From: Candidatus Hydrogenedentota bacterium
GTDB lineage: Bacteria; Hydrogenedentota; Hydrogenedentia; Hydrogenedentales; SLHB01
Reading direction: 5' to 3'
DNA: 30,899 nt
NCBI GenBank assembly: GCA_007130675.1
Contig: SLSB01000312.1
Coordinates: 1 to 30,899 of the forward strand
Position numbers and translations under genes: made by a program. Below the pieces are notes generated by a model. It saw only the letters and a list, made by a program, of their open reading frames with translations, was not told the origin of the DNA and ran no database searches. Below are positions 27,408-30,899 of the stretch, piece after piece. How positions within the stretch are numbered: the first letter of the stretch is position 1; every line of letters starts with the position of its first letter.

Positions 27408-28349
27408 CTAAACATCTTGGATGTTGGTCAGTTCGTCGTAAAAAGCGCGGAACGAGTCGCCATGTGCGCCATTCAAGAAGGCCATGGCGGCGCGGGGATG
27501 TTTATTGAGGAGGCCGGTAATCACGTAGGGCATCTCATAACCCCATCGGAGCTCTTGCTTTAGAGGTATGAAATATCTCTCGATGAGATCGAGCACCGGG
27601 CGCAAATCGAACTTGGGATTCTCAAGAAATCCGATGATCAGCTCGAGCGGACAATTGCCGGCGGCGCGTCCGATGCCGTAAATCGAGCCATCAAGGCACG
27701 TGATGCCCTTCATTGCGGCTTCGACCGTGTTGGCGAATCCGAGTTGCTGGTTGTTATGTGTGTGAATGCCGATTTGCTTCCCCGGCACCTTGGCCAGATA
27801 TTTGTGGGCCATGTACTCGACCTGGCGGGGCTGAAGATAGCCGAAACTGTCTACCAGATAGACCATATCGAAATCAGTTGCGGCGAGATGGTCCAGGGCC
27901 GCGTCAAGGTCGGGCTCGAGCGCGTGCGAGATGGCCATGATGTTCACGGCGACCTCGTAGCCCTGGCTCTTGCAGTGGTTGCCGAGTTCGATGGCCTTCT
28001 CGATATCTTTCACATACGTCGCCACCCGGTACAGCTTAACAATGGATTGTCCGGCGGGAATGATGTCGTCGAAATCCGTGCGGCCGACATCTGCCATGAC
28101 CGAGACTTTGGTGTCGCACTCGAACGCGACCTCGCGCAGGTCTTCTTCATCGCAGAACCGCCAAGGGCCGAAATCGTCCTTCGAGAATTGTTTTTTGTCG
28201 GCCCGATAGCCCAGCTCGACATAGTCGATGCCGGCTTGTGCCAAGCCCGTAAACACCGCTTTCACCATGGCCGTATCGAAATGCCAATCGTTCATCAGGC
28301 CGCCGTCGCGGATGGTGCAATCGAGGACCTTTATCTCCGGTCTGTACAT
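27408..28349 (-). CDS. HMGL-like (DRE-TIM) aldolase catalytic-domain protein, 4-hydroxy-2-oxovalerate aldolase-like (313 aa)
   Basis: LDCTIRDGG, VDSFG, GIHTHNN and GIGRAAGNCPLE motifs. Confidence 0.88.
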   Translation of the reverse strand: MYRPEIKVLDCTIRDGGLMNDWHFDTAMVKAVFTGLAQAGIDYVELGYRADKKQFSKDDFGPWRFCDEEDLREVAFECDTKVSVMADVGRTDFDDIIPAGQSIVKLYRVATYVKDIEKAIELGNHCKSQGYEVAVNIMAISHALEPDLDAALDHLAATDFDMVYLVDSFGYLQPRQVEYMAHKYLAKVPGKQIGIHTHNNQQLGFANTVEAAMKGITCLDGSIYGIGRAAGNCPLELIIGFLENPKFDLRPVLDLIERYFIPLKQELRWGYEMPYVITGLLNKHPRAAMAFLNGAHGDSFRAFYDELTNIQDV

Positions 28350-28676
28350 GAGATCTCTCCCAAGAATTGCGTAGTGCGAAAGCCTACCGAAAGCGCCCGG
28401 GCGATTCAAGGCGGCCGATTGGTCACGGCGGTTGCGCTACCTGACCTCTTGCAAATTGGCATAGTGACTTTCGCAATTTTTTGCAATTTCGCAAGAGTGC
28501 GCCGTTTCGTTGCCCCGGCGGGCCGAAACCCTGAAGCCTGAGCGACTCCCTACGGTAAGAAACAGCCAATCCAGTAACGGTTTGCGGGGTTTTCCCGCCG
28601 GCAGACTGCGTGACCACGGCCGTGAATATGCGCCTCCCATGCGTTTTTCCTAAAATTTCCGGGATATGGCGTGAAT

Positions 28677-28691
28677 TGGCGCCCTCTTTGC
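28677..28691 (+). promoter_or_regulatory. Candidate sigma54 -24/-12 promoter upstream of prepilin-like gene 2
   Basis: TGGCGC-CCTCT-TTGC with correct GG-N10-GC spacing. Confidence 0.4.
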
Positions 28692-28836
28692 CATTTGCTG
28701 TGCGTAAGATGGTTAGCTGTGCCCCATTGACAGCCGGGGGGCTCGTGCATACTGAACTCAGGAAAACGGTTTCTGATCGGAGGTTATCTGCCGATACCTA
28801 ATTGGACACGTCTAGGTTTGCATAAAATAAGCAGTA

Positions 28837-28865
28837 TTGACAAAAAACAGGAAGTGGTGCAGACT
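28837..28865 (+). promoter_or_regulatory. Candidate sigma70 promoter upstream of prepilin-like gene 2
   Basis: TTGACA, 17 bp, CAGACT. Confidence 0.45.
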
Positions 28866-28947
28866 GAATGGTGAGAACGGGTTTGCGGCGGGCGGGCCGT
28901 GGACGGAAAACAGAAACGCATTGTTGCATGAAAGGGAGGTATTCGTA

Positions 28948-29985
28948 ATGAGAAAGAAGGGATTTACGTTAATCGAGTTGCTGGTCGTCATTGCTATCAT
29001 TGGCATCTTGGCGGCTATTCTGCTTCCCGCGTTGGCCCGGGCGCGCGAAGCGGCACGGCGCGCGGCCTGCGCGAACAACCTCAAACAGATGGGGCTCATC
29101 TTCAAGATGTACGCCAACGAGTCCCGCGGCGAAATGTGGCCCCCCATCGCGGGCTTCCCGACGGGAGCTGAAATTGGATGGTCCGCCAATAGCGCTGGGT
29201 GCCAGTTCTATGTCGATTTCGACTTCGGGCCGTGTCCAGAAGTGCTCTTTCCCGAGTACATGAGCGATTGGGCGATTTGGATCTGTCCGTCGGCGCCCGA
29301 TATGACCGGGAACATGGAAGAAGACCTGATGATAGTGCCGCAGTTCGCTCCCGATGGCTCGAACTGTGTTCTTGATCATGGTGTTCCCTCGCAAATGGTG
29401 GGCGTCGCCACTTGGGCGGACAAGAACTACATATACTTGGGGTGGGTGTTGGACAATGCCGGTGCGGACGGGCCTCAGGCACCGTGCAATGCTCTCCCCC
29501 TGCCGGGTGCGGGTGAAGTCGGTTCTCTACCCATTTCCCTGCAGGTTCTCGCAATGTTTCTGACGCTTGACGATGTGGACGGGCTTGACCGTCCGAACAC
29601 TCCGCTGGAGGGGGCTCAGAAGAAGGCGTTTCTGGAGCGTGATCTGGATATCTCCAATTGGTCGGAGACGATGGAAGGTATGCTCGGTGTGCCGCCCGTG
29701 GGCAACGCCGAAGGCCATACGCTTTACCGGTTTCGTGAAGGCATCGAGCGCTTCATGATCACCGACATCAACAACCCGGCGGCCGGCGCCATGGCACAAA
29801 GCGAACTCGCTGTCATGTACGATCAGTCGAATCTGTTACCTACCGGCAACGCGAAATTCAACCACGTGCCGGGCGGCGTGAATGCCCTGTATATGGACGG
29901 CCACGTCGAGTTTTTGCGGTATCCGCACAGCAAATTCCCGGGCAACCCCCAGTGGTCCGCGACGACAGCGTGCCTGGCGCCGTAG
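28948..29985 (+). CDS. Prepilin-type N-terminal cleavage/methylation protein, DUF1559-like (345 aa), paralogue of 5838-6737
   Basis: [11 protein letters not shown].. at the N-terminus; [18 protein letters not shown] at the C-terminus; GGAGG RBS. Confidence 0.93.
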   Translation: MRKKGFTLIELLVVIAIIGILAAILLPALARAREAARRAACANNLKQMGLIFKMYANESRGEMWPPIAGFPTGAEIGWSANSAGCQFYVDFDFGPCPEVLFPEYMSDWAIWICPSAPDMTGNMEEDLMIVPQFAPDGSNCVLDHGVPSQMVGVATWADKNYIYLGWVLDNAGADGPQAPCNALPLPGAGEVGSLPISLQVLAMFLTLDDVDGLDRPNTPLEGAQKKAFLERDLDISNWSETMEGMLGVPPVGNAEGHTLYRFREGIERFMITDINNPAAGAMAQSELAVMYDQSNLLPTGNAKFNHVPGGVNALYMDGHVEFLRYPHSKFPGNPQWSATTACLAP

Positions 29986-30237
29986 GAGCGATATGAATAC
30001 ACAACACGTATTCGCATTGGATACGAGGCAGCGCCGGAAGCCCGGTGTGGTTTGCGGCGCTGCCGTCAGCCTTTTGTTAAGTGTGCAAGCGGAAATGTGA
30101 GGCCCGCCCGCCGCCAATAACCCGCACACGCACCAGAATGCCGAGTCGCTGGATGATTCAAAGCGAGGTCACCCAAAGCCTTTGGCTTTCCTCAGGTAGA
30201 CATGGGTATTGAATGACCCGGCACGCCGGGCGAAACC

Positions 30238-30266
30238 GAAGCGGCGGCAAGCCACCGCACTCCAAA
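30238..30266. repeat. REP-like extragenic palindrome
   Basis: GAAGCGGCGGCAAGCCACCGCACTCCAAA: GCGGCGGC/GCCACCGC stem with a CACTCCAAA tail; intergenic. Confidence 0.55.
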
Positions 30267-30462
30267 GGTTTTCCCCTATCTGTAGTGTGGTTTCCACCAC
30301 GCCATTCATGCCTCCGGCGGTCCTCGGCAACGTGCGCCCGATGATCCGAGCGCCGACGTTACCCTGCGCTTATCCGGATTCGGGAGGGGGAGCGTTCTTG
30401 TACCTTGGCGGCGTGTCTTGCTATGGTTTCACAATAAACCTGAATCAGGGGAGTGTGGAGCC

Positions 30463-30899
30463 GTGTCCGGCAAGGGGCTGTTTCTTCAAAATGTGATCGC
30501 GGTGATCTGGGATTTCGACCGGACGCTGTCGCCGCAGTATATGCAGAAACCGTTGTTCGAGGCGTATGACGTCGATGAGAACACGTTCTGGAACCAAGTC
30601 AATGAACTTCCCGCGTTTTACCGGCGGGCGGGGATTCATGTGCAGCGTGACACGTGTTACCTGGGCCATATTCTCTCCTATGTGCGCGCGGGGCGTTTCA
30701 AGGGCCTGACCAACGCCAAACTCCGCTCATTGGGCAAGACGATCACATTTTTCCGCGGGTTGCCCTTCTTTCTTGACCGCCTGAAGGCTATCGTGAAGGA
30801 GCCGCCATACGCCGAAGGCGACCTGCGCCTCGAGCATTACGTCGTGAGCACGGGGCTGGCCGAAATGATTCGCGGTTCCGAGATCGCCGAGAAACTCGA
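30463..30899 (+). CDS. HAD-superfamily hydrolase (3' partial; absent from the ORF track)
   Basis: Read directly from GTG 30463 (GGAG RBS): MSGKGLFLQNVIAVIWDFDRTLSPQYMQ...YVVSTGL, with motif I DxDxT and motif II ST; open to the window end. Confidence 0.88.
   Translation, partial: MSGKGLFLQNVIAVIWDFDRTLSPQYMQKPLFEAYDVDENTFWNQVNELPAFYRRAGIHVQRDTCYLGHILSYVRAGRFKGLTNAKLRSLGKTITFFRGLPFFLDRLKAIVKEPPYAEGDLRLEHYVVSTGLAEMIRGSEIAEKL

Noticed and set aside
27408-28349. H-NS nucleoid protein, a label sometimes attached to this family
   Set aside because: The sequence has DRE-TIM aldolase motifs and no H-NS features.
5354-28514. Shared 14-mer GCCGTTTC..TGCC (12/14) upstream of both pilin genes (5354-5367 and 28501-28514)
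   Set aside because: A rough estimate gives several such matches by chance between two GC-rich regions of about 600 bp.
4366-28541. Long antisense ORFs (4366-5151, 5862-6644, 9386-10258, 10684-11463, 13559-14422, 18490-19512, 20215-21000, 22399-24324, 27744-28541)
   Set aside because: They overlap well-supported genes on the opposite strand, have no motifs, and are expected in high-GC DNA.
5838-29985. Diversity-generating retroelement or recent gene conversion between the pilin genes
   Set aside because: No reverse transcriptase and no template/variable repeat pair with adenine-specific mismatches; shared blocks differ at many synonymous sites.
1-30899. CRISPR array, tRNA, rRNA, transposase or integrase
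   Set aside because: No regularly spaced repeats, cloverleaf, rRNA-like segment or DDE/tyrosine/serine recombinase motifs were seen.

Overview
GC-rich bacterial chromosomal window with about 25 CDSs and no rRNA, tRNA, CRISPR array or transposase. The GFTLIELL / [14 protein letters not shown] / H..GG.N...DGHVEF prepilin-like paralogues and Tat sulfatase suggest Candidatus Hydrogenedentota or a PVC-like lineage; this is inference. Housekeeping genes: 3' end of ppdK, HU, dapA-dapB, HMGL-like aldolase, partial HAD hydrolase. Envelope and secretion genes: two DUF1559-type prepilin-like genes, a membrane protein with a GspG-like tail, an operon encoding a 980-aa carboxypeptidase-regulatory-like repeat protein plus a two-ATPase/two-permease ABC system, an FG-GAP protein and a secreted beta-propeller. 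Carbohydrate and redox genes: Gfo/Idh/MocA, GH123/DUF4091-like protein plus EEP, SDR, two Zn-dependent dehydrogenases and a sulfatase. Signalling: a stand-alone receiver and a PilZ protein. Best leads: the pilin-adjacent ABC/repeat-protein locus, a metallophosphoesterase-fold protein that has lost six of seven metal ligands, constant-variable-constant pilin paralogues, an unassigned structured RNA upstream of dapA, and a composite GTAG-REP palindrome. All family calls come from motif recognition by eye, with no database search. Several starts were moved from the ORF track to RBS-supported codons.
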